A stretch of 64,000 nucleotides of DNA. It comes from Candidatus Methylomirabilota bacterium (GTDB lineage: Bacteria; Methylomirabilota; Methylomirabilia; Rokubacteriales; CSP1-6). The notes below the pieces were generated by a model. The model made no database searches and was not told where the DNA came from. It worked only from the letters and a program-made list of their open reading frames with translations. The translations under genes were made by a program, and so were the position numbers. Below are positions 27,565-37,502 of this stretch, piece by piece (position 1 is the stretch's first letter; each line of letters opens with the position of its first letter). Where the stretch lies: contig DASXSB010000013.1 of assembly GCA_036506275.1 (NCBI GenBank), positions 65,393 to 129,392 on the forward strand, in the 5' to 3' direction.

Positions 27565-28249
27565 GCGAGCACCCCCGGCAGGTCTTTGAGCGACCCGATC
27601 ACGCGATCGCCGGGGCAGCACGGCACCGCTCTGTCGGCGCCGTCGGCCACCAGCCAGACGTGGGCGAGACCGGCCGCGCGCGCGCCCGCCATGTCCCGCG
27701 GCGCCGAGTCACCGACGAACACGGCGTCCGCGGGCGAGACCCCGAGACGCTCGAGCGCGACTCGAAAGATGGCGGGGTCGGGCTTGCAGACACCGACGTC
27801 GGTGGAGTCGACGATCACGTCGAAGAGCCCGCCGAGGCCGCCGTCGCCGCAGACGCGCGCGAGGTTGCCGTAGAAGTTGGACACGATCGCGAATCGGTAG
27901 CGGGCCGACAGCGTGGCGAGAACACCGGCGTTGCGCCGGAGCGTCGCCCGCGCGTCGTCGACGAATCGCGCCGCCACCCGCTCCGCGAGCGCGTCGTCGA
28001 GGAGACCGAGCCCGCGGGCGACCCCCGCCGTGAGGCGAGAGACCGTCTCCTGAAAGGAAAGCGTACGCTCGATCTTCCCCACCAGCGCATCGTCGGCGGC
28101 GTAGAACAGCCGATCGAACGACGCCCCGCCGACGTCGACGCCTTCATCGCGATAGAGCCTGCCCACGCGCTCCTTCCACGTCACGCCGTCGGCGTCGAGG
28201 GTGCCCCCGAAATCGAACAAGACCGCCGCCCGCCCGCTGGACGCTGCCA
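27561..28249 (-). CDS. HAD-superfamily hydrolase/phosphatase
   Basis: The internal ATG (MAASSGRAAVLFDFGGTLDADG) provides motif I DxDGT. The C-terminal region has VGDSAPRD, matching motif IV. The upstream part of the track ORF is spurious. Confidence 0.75.
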
Positions 28250-28426
28250 TCCGCTTGATGAAACCCCACCCTGCGCTGAAACACAAGAATAAGACGTCGG
28301 TTACGGGACCCCGGTGCAACGCCGGGCCCGCGTTCCCCACCGGCAAGTGACTTGCAACGTACATCCCGTTCTGAGATGTGTCCAAGAACCCCGTCGCCGG
28401 ATATCGGACCGCGAGCACGTGCGCGC

Positions 28427-30100
28427 ATGCTGGGTGCCGCCCTCCTGGCAACCATGCTCGTTCTCGGTGCAGCGCCCGTTCTCGGTGCCGCGCCCGCGAG
28501 CACACCCGCGCCGGCGGCCGACCGCACCGCCACGCCCGAGGACGTTCTCACGAGCTTGAACCAGGCGCTCGCCTGGTACCGCCAGGCCCGGATCGTGATG
28601 CGGTCCGTGAGCAGCGCCGGCGGCGGCCTCATCTTCTCGCGCGACGACGAGCAGATCGCGCTACGGCTTCTCGCACGCGCGTTCGAGACCGCGCGCGGGC
28701 AGGCAGCCCTCATCGCCGCCGAGGCAAGCCGCGCTCCCGGTCCCGCCGGCACGCGTCCGGCGAACACGCGCGCACGCATCGAAGCCGAGATGCGCCGCCA
28801 CCAGGCGGAGGTGGCGCGGCTCGAGCAAGACGTTCGCCGCGCGCCCGCCCGCGCGCGACCACCGATCGAGGCCAAGCTCACCGCCGCCCAGCGTCGCGTC
28901 GAGCTCGACCGCGCCCGCCTCGACGTCATGGCCAAGCTCCAGGCGGGCGGTGCCGCGCTCGCGGCCGACGACCCCGAGGACAATCTCGTCCGGCAGATCG
29001 AGACCCTGCATGATGCCGTCCCCGAGCTGAGCACAGCGGCCGGCCGCGCGGCCGACCCGGCGACGACGACCGTGGACGCGTCGTCGGGAACGTGGAGCGC
29101 CGTGCGGCGACTGCTCGCGTTGCAACGCAATCGCCAGTCGCTCGATGATCTCGAGAGCGCCACCACCGCGCTCATGCGGAACGTCGACGACACGCTCAAG
29201 ACCGCGCGCGCGGCCCTTCCCTCCACGGTGACCAGGCTTCGCGAGCTCACGCGCGATCCTGACGACGCCGCTCCTGCTGCCAATTCTAGTGTCGCGCCCA
29301 CGGGCTCGCCGGGCGCGGCGTCCACGGCTCCTCCGAAGGGCGCGCCCGACGGCGCCGCCTCCCGCACCACCGCCTCGGCCGCGCCCGCCGCCGCCGGTGC
29401 CTCGGCCGCCGGTGCCTCCGCCGCCGACATCGAGCGCGAGTTCCAGGCGTTGCTCCAGCGCGGGAAGCTCCTGGCCGGGATCGTGATCCCGCTCCACGAC
29501 GAATCGGCGCTGGTCCATCGCTTCGCCGACGATCTCCGTGGCTGGCGGCGGGCGCTCGATCGCCAGTCGCTCCAGCTCATGCAGGAGGTCGGCGTCGACC
29601 TCCTCGGCGTGCTGGCCGCCATCGCCGTGATCCTGATCGCGGCCCTGCTGTGGCGGATCGCGGTCAACCGCTACGTGGGCGACGGCTATCGCCGCCGCTT
29701 GCTGATGACGGTCCGCAACGCGATCGTCATGATCGCGATCCTCCTCGTCGTGATCTTTCACTTCACGACCGAGCTGACCGCGCTCGTGACCGCGCTCGGC
29801 TTCGCGGCGGCGGGCATCGCGTTCGCGCTCCAGAACGTCATCCTGGCCCTCGCCGGCTACTTCTCGATGGTGGCGCCCAACGGCATCCGCGTGGGCGACC
29901 GCGTGAGCCTCCAGGGTCCGTTCGGCTACGTCCACGGCGAGGTGATGGACATCGGCTTCGTGCGCATCCGACTGCGCGAGCTTGCCGGCGATCCGCCGCA
30001 GCCCACGGGCCGCGTGGTGGTCTTCTCGAACGCCGTCGTGTTCACGGGGACCTTCTTCAAGGAGCCGCCGGCGTCTCAGCCGGCGAGCCGCGCCGCGTAG
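28427..30100 (+). CDS. mechanosensitive channel MscS family with long N-terminal periplasmic coiled-coil domain
   Basis: A signal-like MLGAALLATMLVLGAAP starts the protein. A long Ala/Arg/Gln-rich coiled coil follows. The C-terminal part carries the MscS TM3/beta motif (VGDRVSLQGPFGYVHGEVMDIGFVRIRLRE). Confidence 0.75.
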   Translation: MLGAALLATMLVLGAAPVLGAAPASTPAPAADRTATPEDVLTSLNQALAWYRQARIVMRSVSSAGGGLIFSRDDEQIALRLLARAFETARGQAALIAAEASRAPGPAGTRPANTRARIEAEMRRHQAEVARLEQDVRRAPARARPPIEAKLTAAQRRVELDRARLDVMAKLQAGGAALAADDPEDNLVRQIETLHDAVPELSTAAGRAADPATTTVDASSGTWSAVRRLLALQRNRQSLDDLESATTALMRNVDDTLKTARAALPSTVTRLRELTRDPDDAAPAANSSVAPTGSPGAASTAPPKGAPDGAASRTTASAAPAAAGASAAGASAADIEREFQALLQRGKLLAGIVIPLHDESALVHRFADDLRGWRRALDRQSLQLMQEVGVDLLGVLAAIAVILIAALLWRIAVNRYVGDGYRRRLLMTVRNAIVMIAILLVVIFHFTTELTALVTALGFAAAGIAFALQNVILALAGYFSMVAPNGIRVGDRVSLQGPFGYVHGEVMDIGFVRIRLRELAGDPPQPTGRVVVFSNAVVFTGTFFKEPPASQPASRAA

Positions 30101-30822
30101 AGAAGACCGAAGACGACGGAGCCGAGACCAGCGCCCACCGCGAGGCCGCGACGCCACCGTCGGCCGCGCGCCGCCACGGCCACCGGATACGCCATGGCCG
30201 CCGTCATCGCGGTCATCCCGAGCAGCGTGCCGATCCCGAACACGAGCAGGTACAGGAACCCGCTCATCACCGACGGCAACGTGGTCAGCACCAGCAGCGA
30301 CACGGCGGCCGTTCCCGCCATGCCGTGCACGGCGCCCACGAGCACCGCGCGGGCGGCGAGCCACCGGCGTCCCGCCCCGAGGGCGGCGAGGAGGCGGCGC
30401 GAGGGATGGAGGTGAGGATGAGCGTGGACATGGACGCCGTGGAGATGGGCGTGGCTGTGCAGCGCTTCGGCGCCCACATGATCGTGGTCGGCGGCGAGGT
30501 GCGATGGCTCCACGCTGTCGATCCCGCGCGATGCTTCCCGCAACCGGACGATCCCGAGAACGACGAGCATGGCTGCCACCACCAGCTCGAGCCCCGTGCT
30601 CACGCGCGGGCCGGGTCTCGCGCCGAGCGCGAGGACGAGCGCGCCCGCGATCGTGAGCGTGAGCATGTGGCCGAGACCCCAGAGGGCGCCGATGCCGGCG
30701 CCGTCGCGAAAGCGACGCTCGCGCGTCACGATGGTGGCCACCGCCACCAGGTGATCGGGATCGGTGGCGTGCTGCACGCCGAGGACGAAGCCGAGCAGGA
30801 TCGCGGACACGCCGGTGTCCAC
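30076..30822 (-). CDS. NiCoT/HoxN/UreH-like nickel/cobalt transporter with His-rich loop
   Basis: GVQHATDPDHLVAV matches the NiCoT signature HAxDADH. The His-rich loop reads HDHVGAEALHSHAHLHGVHVHAHPHLHP. Confidence 0.7.
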   Translation of the reverse strand: MDTGVSAILLGFVLGVQHATDPDHLVAVATIVTRERRFRDGAGIGALWGLGHMLTLTIAGALVLALGARPGPRVSTGLELVVAAMLVVLGIVRLREASRGIDSVEPSHLAADHDHVGAEALHSHAHLHGVHVHAHPHLHPSRRLLAALGAGRRWLAARAVLVGAVHGMAGTAAVSLLVLTTLPSVMSGFLYLLVFGIGTLLGMTAMTAAMAYPVAVAARGRRWRRGLAVGAGLGSVVFGLLYAARLAG

Positions 30823-30826
30823 GCGA

Positions 30827-31603
30827 CTACTCCGAGAGCTTGAGGAGCAGACCCGTGCGGCGGGCGCGCTGGACGGTCAGGAGGAACGCCACGTGCGCGA
30901 GGACCACGTAGACGACCGAGAGCGCGAATCCCGTCACCACCGGGGCCGCGAACTCGGAGGGGAATCCGTAGTGCGCGCGGTAGGCGTCCAGGAAGTACGT
31001 GAGCGGGATGGCGCGGGCGGCGGCGGCGGCGACGGGCGGGAGCACCGAGACCGGATAGTAGATGCCGGCGAGAACGAGGACGAGGTTCACGCTCGCCCAC
31101 GCGAAGGCTTCCGCCCGCGTGCCGTAGAGCGTGATGAGCGCGCACACCGCCACCCCCACCAGCCAGGCGTTCAGGAAGCAGCCGAACAGGAAGGTGGTCA
31201 CCGCCAGCGGTCCCGCTGCCAGCGCATTGAAGCCGAACGACCACCAGCCGAGGGCGGCGAGGAGGGCGAAGATCACGGTGCCGCGCAGCATGCCCACCAA
31301 CCACGACCCGAGCGTCATGTGGCGCGTGCCGATGGGCGCCATGAACTGGTGCTTCACCGACTTGCTCCACACGTCGAGGAGCACGGCATAGGACACCTCG
31401 AGCTGGGCGACCTGCGACACCGAGAGCGCGATGGTCCCGATCATGACGAACGACGTCGTCTCTGGGGAGAGGTGGAGGAAGCGCGTCATGAGCCCGATGG
31501 AGACCACGCCCACGATGGGCCAGAACAGGAGCTCGAAGAAGAAGAACACGTTGCGGAAGGCCATCACGAGGTTGCGGAGGACGAACGCCCACACCGCGAT
31601 GAC
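30827..31603 (-). CDS. ABC-2 type transporter permease
   Basis: Six-TM ABC-2 permease pattern (VIAVWAFVLRNL...FFELLFWPIVGV...). The start is approximate, near the ATPase stop. Confidence 0.65.
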   Translation of the reverse strand, partial: VIAVWAFVLRNLVMAFRNVFFFFELLFWPIVGVVSIGLMTRFLHLSPETTSFVMIGTIALSVSQVAQLEVSYAVLLDVWSKSVKHQFMAPIGTRHMTLGSWLVGMLRGTVIFALLAALGWWSFGFNALAAGPLAVTTFLFGCFLNAWLVGVAVCALITLYGTRAEAFAWASVNLVLVLAGIYYPVSVLPPVAAAAARAIPLTYFLDAYRAHYGFPSEFAAPVVTGFALSVVYVVLAHVAFLLTVQRARRTGLLLKLSE

Positions 31604-31604
31604 C

Positions 31605-32558
31605 TCACTTCGCCAGTTCAACGAACACCTCCTCCAGCTCCGGCTCCCGCACCTGCACCCCGCGCACCTCCACGCCCTCGCCGTCGAGCGCGCGCAGCAG
31701 CTCGGGCAACCGCTTTTCCGCCTGGTCCACCGTGCACTCCACCCAGCCGTCGGCGGTGGCGCAGCGGAGAACACCGGGGGCGCGGTCCAGCCACTCCGGG
31801 CGAGCGCCGAGCCGGAAGGCGATGACGTCGCCGAGGCCGATTTGCCGCTTCAGATCGTCGGCCGTGCCGTGGGCGAGGATGCGTCCCGCCTTGATGAAGG
31901 CGATCTCGTCGCAGAGCTCCTCCGCCTCCCGCATGTAGTGCGTGGTGAGGACGATGGTCATCCCGCGCTCGCGCCGGAGGGCGCTGATGTGCGCGCGCAC
32001 GCGCACGGAGACGTCGGGATCGAGCCCGAGCGTAGGCTCGTCGAGGAAGAGCAGCTCGGGATCGTTGACGAGCGACTTGGCAAGGGCGAGACGCTGCTTC
32101 AGTCCCGTCGACAGCTCGTTGTACTGCGCGTACCGGTACGGCGCCAGCTCGAACTGCTCGATGAGCGCATCCACCCGACGCGCGAGCGTCTGGCCGCTCA
32201 GGCCGTAGAGCCGGCCGTAGAACGCGATGATCTCGCCCACGCGCAGGCTCCACAGGAACGACGGCCGCCCGCTCGCCATGTTGAGACGGCGGCGCAGACG
32301 GGCGGCGTCGCGCACGACGTCCTCACCGAGCACGCGCACGCTCCCCGCGTCCGGCGTGAGCAGGGTGGCGAGGATGGAAAGGAACGTCGTCTTCCCGGCC
32401 CCGTTGGGGCCGAGCAACCCGACGATGGCCCCGCGGCCCACCTGGAGGGAAACGCCGCGCAACGCCGGCGTCTCCCGGCGGCGGAGCCACCCGCTGCGGA
32501 AGGTCTTCGCGACGTCGCGCGCGTCGATGGCAAGGGCATCGGACGCGGGCGCGGGCAT
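31605..32558 (-). CDS. ABC transporter ATP-binding protein
   Basis: Walker [10 protein letters not shown], signature LSTGLKQRL and Walker B LLFLDEPT. The internal ATG ([16 protein letters not shown]) is the real start. Confidence 0.85.
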   Translation of the reverse strand: MPAPASDALAIDARDVAKTFRSGWLRRRETPALRGVSLQVGRGAIVGLLGPNGAGKTTFLSILATLLTPDAGSVRVLGEDVVRDAARLRRRLNMASGRPSFLWSLRVGEIIAFYGRLYGLSGQTLARRVDALIEQFELAPYRYAQYNELSTGLKQRLALAKSLVNDPELLFLDEPTLGLDPDVSVRVRAHISALRRERGMTIVLTTHYMREAEELCDEIAFIKAGRILAHGTADDLKRQIGLGDVIAFRLGARPEWLDRAPGVLRCATADGWVECTVDQAEKRLPELLRALDGEGVEVRGVQVREPELEEVFVELAK

Positions 32559-32572
32559 GCGTCGATGGTAAC

Positions 32573-32932
32573 ATGCGCGCGATGACGCCCTCCGCGGAGT
32601 GGCGCTGCGCCGTCGCCGACGTGCCACCCGGCGGCAGCGCAAAGTTTCGCCTCCACCGCGGGAGCCATGTCGTGGAGGGATTCGTCGTTCACCACGAGGG
32701 CGAGTTCTACGCGTACGTGAACCGCTGCCCGCACGTGGGCACGCCCCTCGACCTCTGGCCCAACGAGTTCTTCACCGAGGACGGCCGCCTGCTCGTGTGC
32801 TCCACCCACGGCGCCGTCTTCACGCCGAGCAGCGGCGCCTGCGTGGCGGGGCCGTGCGCGGGTGATCGCCTGCAGCCGCTGCCGGTTCGGCGTGACGGCG
32901 ACGGCCTCGTCGTCGGCGGCGCCGACGCATGA
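32573..32932 (+). CDS. Rieske [2Fe-2S] domain protein
   Basis: CPHVGTPL...CSTHGAVF supplies the CxH...CxxH Rieske ligands; 119 aa. Confidence 0.85.
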   Translation: MRAMTPSAEWRCAVADVPPGGSAKFRLHRGSHVVEGFVVHHEGEFYAYVNRCPHVGTPLDLWPNEFFTEDGRLLVCSTHGAVFTPSSGACVAGPCAGDRLQPLPVRRDGDGLVVGGADA

Positions 32933-33339
32933 CCGACGAGCCCGACAAGCTGGCGGCGGAGCTGGAGGAGGCGAACGCGCGCTTCTATCGCGCGTTCGAG
33001 CAGCTCCAGATCGCCGAGATGGACGCGGTGTGGGCGCACAGCGAGGACGTCAAGTGCGTGCACCCGGGCTGGCCCCTTCTCACGGGGTGGGCGGCCGTGC
33101 GCGCGTCGTGGGAGGCGATTTTCGCCTCCACCGCCGAGATGCGCTTCACGCTCTCCGACGTGCGCGTGGTGGCGACCAGCGAGTTCGGCTGGGTCACCTG
33201 CACCGAGAACATCCTCTCGGAGGCGGCCGGGCGCGTGGCCGTCACGTCCATTCTCGCCACCAACCTCTTCGAGCGCGCCCCCGACGGCTGGCGACTGATC
33301 CACCACCACGCGTCCCACGTCTTCGGCGGCCCGCGCTGA
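32929..33339 (+). CDS. SnoaL-like/NTF2-like (DUF4440-type) small protein
   Basis: 136 aa with an NTF2-like pattern (ARFYRAFEQLQIAEMDAVWAHSEDVKCVHPGW...). Its start overlaps the Rieske gene stop. Confidence 0.6.
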   Translation: MTDEPDKLAAELEEANARFYRAFEQLQIAEMDAVWAHSEDVKCVHPGWPLLTGWAAVRASWEAIFASTAEMRFTLSDVRVVATSEFGWVTCTENILSEAAGRVAVTSILATNLFERAPDGWRLIHHHASHVFGGPR

Positions 33340-33373
33340 AGGTCGTCGTCGCGCGCGGCGCCGCCCGCGCCGA

Positions 33374-34105
33374 TCAGGCTTCGGATCCGGCGGGAGCGGC
33401 GAGCACCACGAACTGATAGCCGAGGAGCCGCGGCAGCGCCCGCGCCGCGAGCGCGCTCGCCCCGTGCACGCGGTCGAGCCAGGCGCCGTGCCAGCGGGCG
33501 GGGATCACCTGCGGCAGCGGCACCGGCGTCACCGTGCGCCGGACGACGGACAGCTCGGCCGTCGCCAGCAGCTCGCCCACGGTGCGCGCGGTGAAGAAGC
33601 GGAGATGGGTGCGATCGAGGATGCCCCGCTCCGTGTATTCGAACTTCCCGCACAGGAGCGAGAGCCGGATCCAGAGATGGGCGACGTTCGGGATCGACAG
33701 CACGAGCCGCCCCCGCGGCGCCAGTAGGCGCGCGAGCTGACCGAGCACGCGCCGCGGCTCCACGAGGTGCTCGAGGACGTCGCCGCACACGATCGCGTCG
33801 AAGGGACCGTCGAGGGGCGGCAACGCGCGGTCGAGATCGGCGACGACCATGCGCTCGCAGTGAGCGGCGCCGCGGGCGGCGGCGCCGGCGTCGGCCTCGA
33901 GCGCGGTCACGCGCCAGCCGCGGGTGGTGAGGTGGCGGCTCAGGAGACCGTCGGCGGCGCCCACGTCGAGCGCGCGGCGGCCGTTCCCTTCCCCGAGCCA
34001 GCGCAGGATGATCGAGTGACTGCTGTGAGGATCGGCCTTCAGCGTGTAGCGGGTCGCCTCGCTCACCGTTCCATGATCGGACGCGGGGGCGTCACGGAGC
34101 AACAT
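33374..34105 (-). CDS. class I SAM-dependent methyltransferase
   Basis: Motif I ALDVGAADGLLS and motif post-I DAIVCGDVLEHL. Confidence 0.85.
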   Translation of the reverse strand: MLLRDAPASDHGTVSEATRYTLKADPHSSHSIILRWLGEGNGRRALDVGAADGLLSRHLTTRGWRVTALEADAGAAARGAAHCERMVVADLDRALPPLDGPFDAIVCGDVLEHLVEPRRVLGQLARLLAPRGRLVLSIPNVAHLWIRLSLLCGKFEYTERGILDRTHLRFFTARTVGELLATAELSVVRRTVTPVPLPQVIPARWHGAWLDRVHGASALAARALPRLLGYQFVVLAAPAGSEA

Positions 34106-35801
34106 TCGCGTAGAGCCGGCGCCCGCCGGCGTCCGTCACCAGGTGCACGCTCGCGGGGGCGAGGCTCCGCACCACGCTGCGCTCGGGCGCAACGACGGAG
34201 ACGAGGAACACCGGGTTCGCTCCTCGCCACGCCTCCTGGAGCTGCGGCGAGTCCCAGAAGAGCGGGCGCGCGCCCGGAACGGTGGCGCCAACGGCGAGGC
34301 TCGACTGGAGCCCGTTCACGACCCGCACCGGCTCCCGCACGGAGAGCAGGAGGGCGCCGCTGTCCTCGAGCGACCCTTCGTGCACGATGATCGCGCCCGG
34401 GCGCCACTGAACCGCGAGCGCGGCCGCGATCGGCCGCGTCGAGCGCACGCGTGCGAACTGGGTGACGCCGTTGGCGGCGACGGGGAGGAACGCGATCATG
34501 GCCGCGATGGCGATGGCGGCGCCGAAGGCGGGCGCCCGCCGCACGGCCGCCCATGCCATGCCGAGCGCCGCCACCGCGAAGATGATGCCGCCCGTGAGCA
34601 GCGTGGGACGGTACGCATCGATCGGCACCCGCGGCACCGGCTGGCCCTGGGCGACGAGGTTACGAGTGGCGACGTCGAGGGACACGAACGCTTCTCCCGG
34701 GAGCGGCAGCACGCCCGCCCACAGGACGCCGAAGGTCACGGCCACCACCGCGAACAGCACGAGCGCCGGCACCAGCAACAAGCGCGGCCGCAGGGAGCCG
34801 GGCGCCGCCTCGATCGTCTCGTCCCACACGCGCGCGGTGAGGAGCGCGAGCGCGGGAAACGCGGGCAATCCGTGATGCGGCAGCTTGAAGGGCGCCACCG
34901 TGAACAAGCCGATCAGGAGCACGGCCCACAGCGCGTGGAGGAGCCAGAGCCGCCCCGTCACGCCGTCGCGCGCCCCGCGGAAGGCGCGCACGACCGCCGC
35001 CGGCACCGCGAGCGCCCACGGCAAGAAGGCCCCCGTGGTCACGAGCAGGAACTCGAGCGGATTGAGCGACGGCACGTCCTCGTCGGGGAACACGCGGTGG
35101 CGCGTCAGGTTCAAGAGATGGTTGTCCACGATGAGGTACCAGAGGAAGCCGCGGTTGCGCGCCTCCACGACGAGATACCAGGGCAGCGCGATGAGGGCCA
35201 CGATGAGCACGCCCCACCACGGTACCCACGACGCGAGCGGACGCTCGCGCGTCAGCCAGAAGAACACGCCGACCACGGCCAGTGGTCCGATCGCGCCCAG
35301 CATGTCCTTCGTCATCACCGCGAGGCCGAGGGCCGCGTAGAACAGCACGAGCCCGCGCCGGCCGCCGCCGCGGTAGGCGATGGAAAAGCCGGCGAACGCG
35401 AGCAGGATGAACAGGATGAAGAGCATGTCCGGCTTCACGAGCCGGCCGTAGACGAAGAATCCGAGATTGGCGGCGACCATGAGCCCGGCCAGGAGTCCCA
35501 GACGCGGGCCCCCGAGGACGACGCCGAGGCGCGCGGTGACGGCGGCGATGGCCACCGCCGCCGCCGCCGAGGGGAGCCGCGCGGCGGCGGTGGAGACGCC
35601 GAGCACGGAGAAGCTCGCGGACATGAGCCAGTAGAGGAACGGCGGGCGGTCGAAGTACGGGATGCCGTTGACACGCGGGGTGATCCAGTCGCCGTGAAGC
35701 GACAAACTGCGCGCGATGGCCGCTTGAAACCCTTCCGGGGGGTCGAGGAACGGCGCGGCGCCGAGACCACCGAAGTAGAGAGCGGCCACGACGACGGCCA
35801 C
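34092..35801 (-). CDS. ArnT/PMT-like glycosyltransferase (GT39/GT83), polyprenyl-phosphate-sugar dependent
   Basis: 569 aa polytopic protein. The N-terminal region PEGFQAAIARSLSLHGDWITPRVNGIPYFDRPPFLYWL has the typical GT83/GT39 loop 1. Confidence 0.75.
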   Translation of the reverse strand: MAVVVAALYFGGLGAAPFLDPPEGFQAAIARSLSLHGDWITPRVNGIPYFDRPPFLYWLMSASFSVLGVSTAAARLPSAAAAVAIAAVTARLGVVLGGPRLGLLAGLMVAANLGFFVYGRLVKPDMLFILFILLAFAGFSIAYRGGGRRGLVLFYAALGLAVMTKDMLGAIGPLAVVGVFFWLTRERPLASWVPWWGVLIVALIALPWYLVVEARNRGFLWYLIVDNHLLNLTRHRVFPDEDVPSLNPLEFLLVTTGAFLPWALAVPAAVVRAFRGARDGVTGRLWLLHALWAVLLIGLFTVAPFKLPHHGLPAFPALALLTARVWDETIEAAPGSLRPRLLLVPALVLFAVVAVTFGVLWAGVLPLPGEAFVSLDVATRNLVAQGQPVPRVPIDAYRPTLLTGGIIFAVAALGMAWAAVRRAPAFGAAIAIAAMIAFLPVAANGVTQFARVRSTRPIAAALAVQWRPGAIIVHEGSLEDSGALLLSVREPVRVVNGLQSSLAVGATVPGARPLFWDSPQLQEAWRGANPVFLVSVVAPERSVVRSLAPASVHLVTDAGGRRLYANVAP

Positions 35802-35847
35802 GCCGAACGGGACCGCGCGCGCGAGGGAGGGGTTTACCCGTCGCTCC

Positions 35848-36576
35848 TCAGGTCACCTTCACCACGGCCTCGTCCGGGAGGCGCTCCAGGAAACGCGCGA
35901 GCGCCTGATCGAGATAGTCCCGGTCCCGCGACTCCAGCGTGACCTTCACGCGGTACTCCGGGTTCGAGAACTCCGGATAGGAGCCGAGCAGCAACGACGG
36001 AAACTCCGCGAGGAGCGCGTTCAGGTACTCGGCCAGGCTCCCCTCGCCGATGCGCACGAAGACATTGCTCAGATGAAAGGGCCGGTCGCGGAAGCGCTCG
36101 CGCAGCGCCTCGAACTTGCGCCGGAAGATCTCGGGGACGCCCGGCAGCACGTACACGTTGCGCATGAGGATGGTCGGGAAGCCGAGCCCGTCGTCGGCGA
36201 GCAGATCGGCGCCGGCGGGAACCTCCGCCATCTTGAGCTTGGCGTCGTTGAGGACGCCCTTGTAGTAGCGATCGAGGAGGGCGACGAGATCGGGGTGGCG
36301 CACCACCGCCACCTCCATCGCGCGCGCCACCCCCGCGATCGTCACGTCGTCATGGGTCGGTCCCACCCCGCCCGACGTGAACACGACGTCGAAGTCGCGG
36401 CTGAACCCGGCCACCTCGCGCGCGATGACGTCGACGTCGTCGGGCACGACCGTGATCCGGCGCACGTCCACCCCGAGCCCGCGCAGCTCGCGGCAGAGGT
36501 AGGCGGCGTTGGCGTCCTCGATCTTGCCGGAGAGAATCTCGTTGCCGATGAGGACGATGCCCGCGATCTTCGGCAT
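35848..36576 (-). CDS. CinA-N-terminal-like / MoCF-biosynthesis domain protein
   Basis: IAGIVLIGNEILSGKIEDANAAYLCRELRGLGVDV...FTSGGVGPTHDDVT is the MoaB/MogA-like fold. Confidence 0.7.
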   Translation of the reverse strand: MPKIAGIVLIGNEILSGKIEDANAAYLCRELRGLGVDVRRITVVPDDVDVIAREVAGFSRDFDVVFTSGGVGPTHDDVTIAGVARAMEVAVVRHPDLVALLDRYYKGVLNDAKLKMAEVPAGADLLADDGLGFPTILMRNVYVLPGVPEIFRRKFEALRERFRDRPFHLSNVFVRIGEGSLAEYLNALLAEFPSLLLGSYPEFSNPEYRVKVTLESRDRDYLDQALARFLERLPDEAVVKVT

Positions 36577-36683
36577 ACGCGTGCGATTTTACCCCAGGAC
36601 TCCGACGGCGGCGGAGACGCCGAGAATGCGCAGCCGCGCGCGATCGCGATGCTACAATCGCCCTCGTTCATGAAAGGAATCGC

Positions 36684-37502
36684 ATGAGCCCGTCCGCCGA
36701 CGCCATCCGGCTTCAGGGGTGGGCGCTCACGCTGGGGGCATCGTCCGGATTCGGCGAGGCGGTCAGCCTCGCCCTCGCCCGCGCCGGGCTCAACGTCTTC
36801 GGCGTGCACCTCGATCGCAAGGCCACCCTCGGCAACGTCGAGCGCATCGTGAGCGAGATCCGGGGTCTCGGGCGCGAGGCGCGGTTCTTCAACGTCAACG
36901 CCGCCGACGCCGAGAAGCGCGCCGAGACGGCGGCCGAGATGCAGCGCGTGCTCGAGGAGCGCAACGAGATGGGCTCGCTGCGCGTACTGCTCCACTCGCT
37001 CGCCTTCGGCACCCTCAAGCCCTACATCACCGAGCCCATGAAGGAAGCGGTGACCCCGGCCCAGATCGACATGACGGTGGACGTGATGGCGCACAGCCTC
37101 GTCTACTGGACGCAGGAGATGGTGGGGCGCGGCCTCATGACCCGCGGCGGCCACATCTACGCGATGACGTCGGCGGGGGGCACCCGCGTCCTTTCCCATT
37201 ACGGACCGGTCTCCGCCGCCAAGGCCGCGCTCGAATCACACATCCGGCAGCTCGCGTTCGAGCTGGCCGGGCGCGGCATCACCGCCAACTCGATCCGGGC
37301 CGGCGTCACCGCCACCCCTGCCGCCCAGAAGATTCCGGGCTACGACTCGATCTCCGCCGACGCGCGCCGCCGCAATCCGAGCGGGCGCATGACCACCCCC
37401 GAGGACGTCGCGCGCGCGATCGTGGTGCTCTCCCATCCCGACACGTACTGGATCACCGGAAACGTCATCGGAGTGGACGGCGGGGAAGACATCACCGGGT
37501 GA
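36684..37502 (+). CDS. SDR-type enoyl reductase-like oxidoreductase (short FabV/TER-like N-terminal motif GASSGFG)
   Basis: 272 aa. An AAGGA SD and a TACAAT -10 lie upstream. GASSGFGEAVSLALA and YxxxK (YGPVSAAK) are present. Confidence 0.75.
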   Translation: MSPSADAIRLQGWALTLGASSGFGEAVSLALARAGLNVFGVHLDRKATLGNVERIVSEIRGLGREARFFNVNAADAEKRAETAAEMQRVLEERNEMGSLRVLLHSLAFGTLKPYITEPMKEAVTPAQIDMTVDVMAHSLVYWTQEMVGRGLMTRGGHIYAMTSAGGTRVLSHYGPVSAAKAALESHIRQLAFELAGRGITANSIRAGVTATPAAQKIPGYDSISADARRRNPSGRMTTPEDVARAIVVLSHPDTYWITGNVIGVDGGEDITG

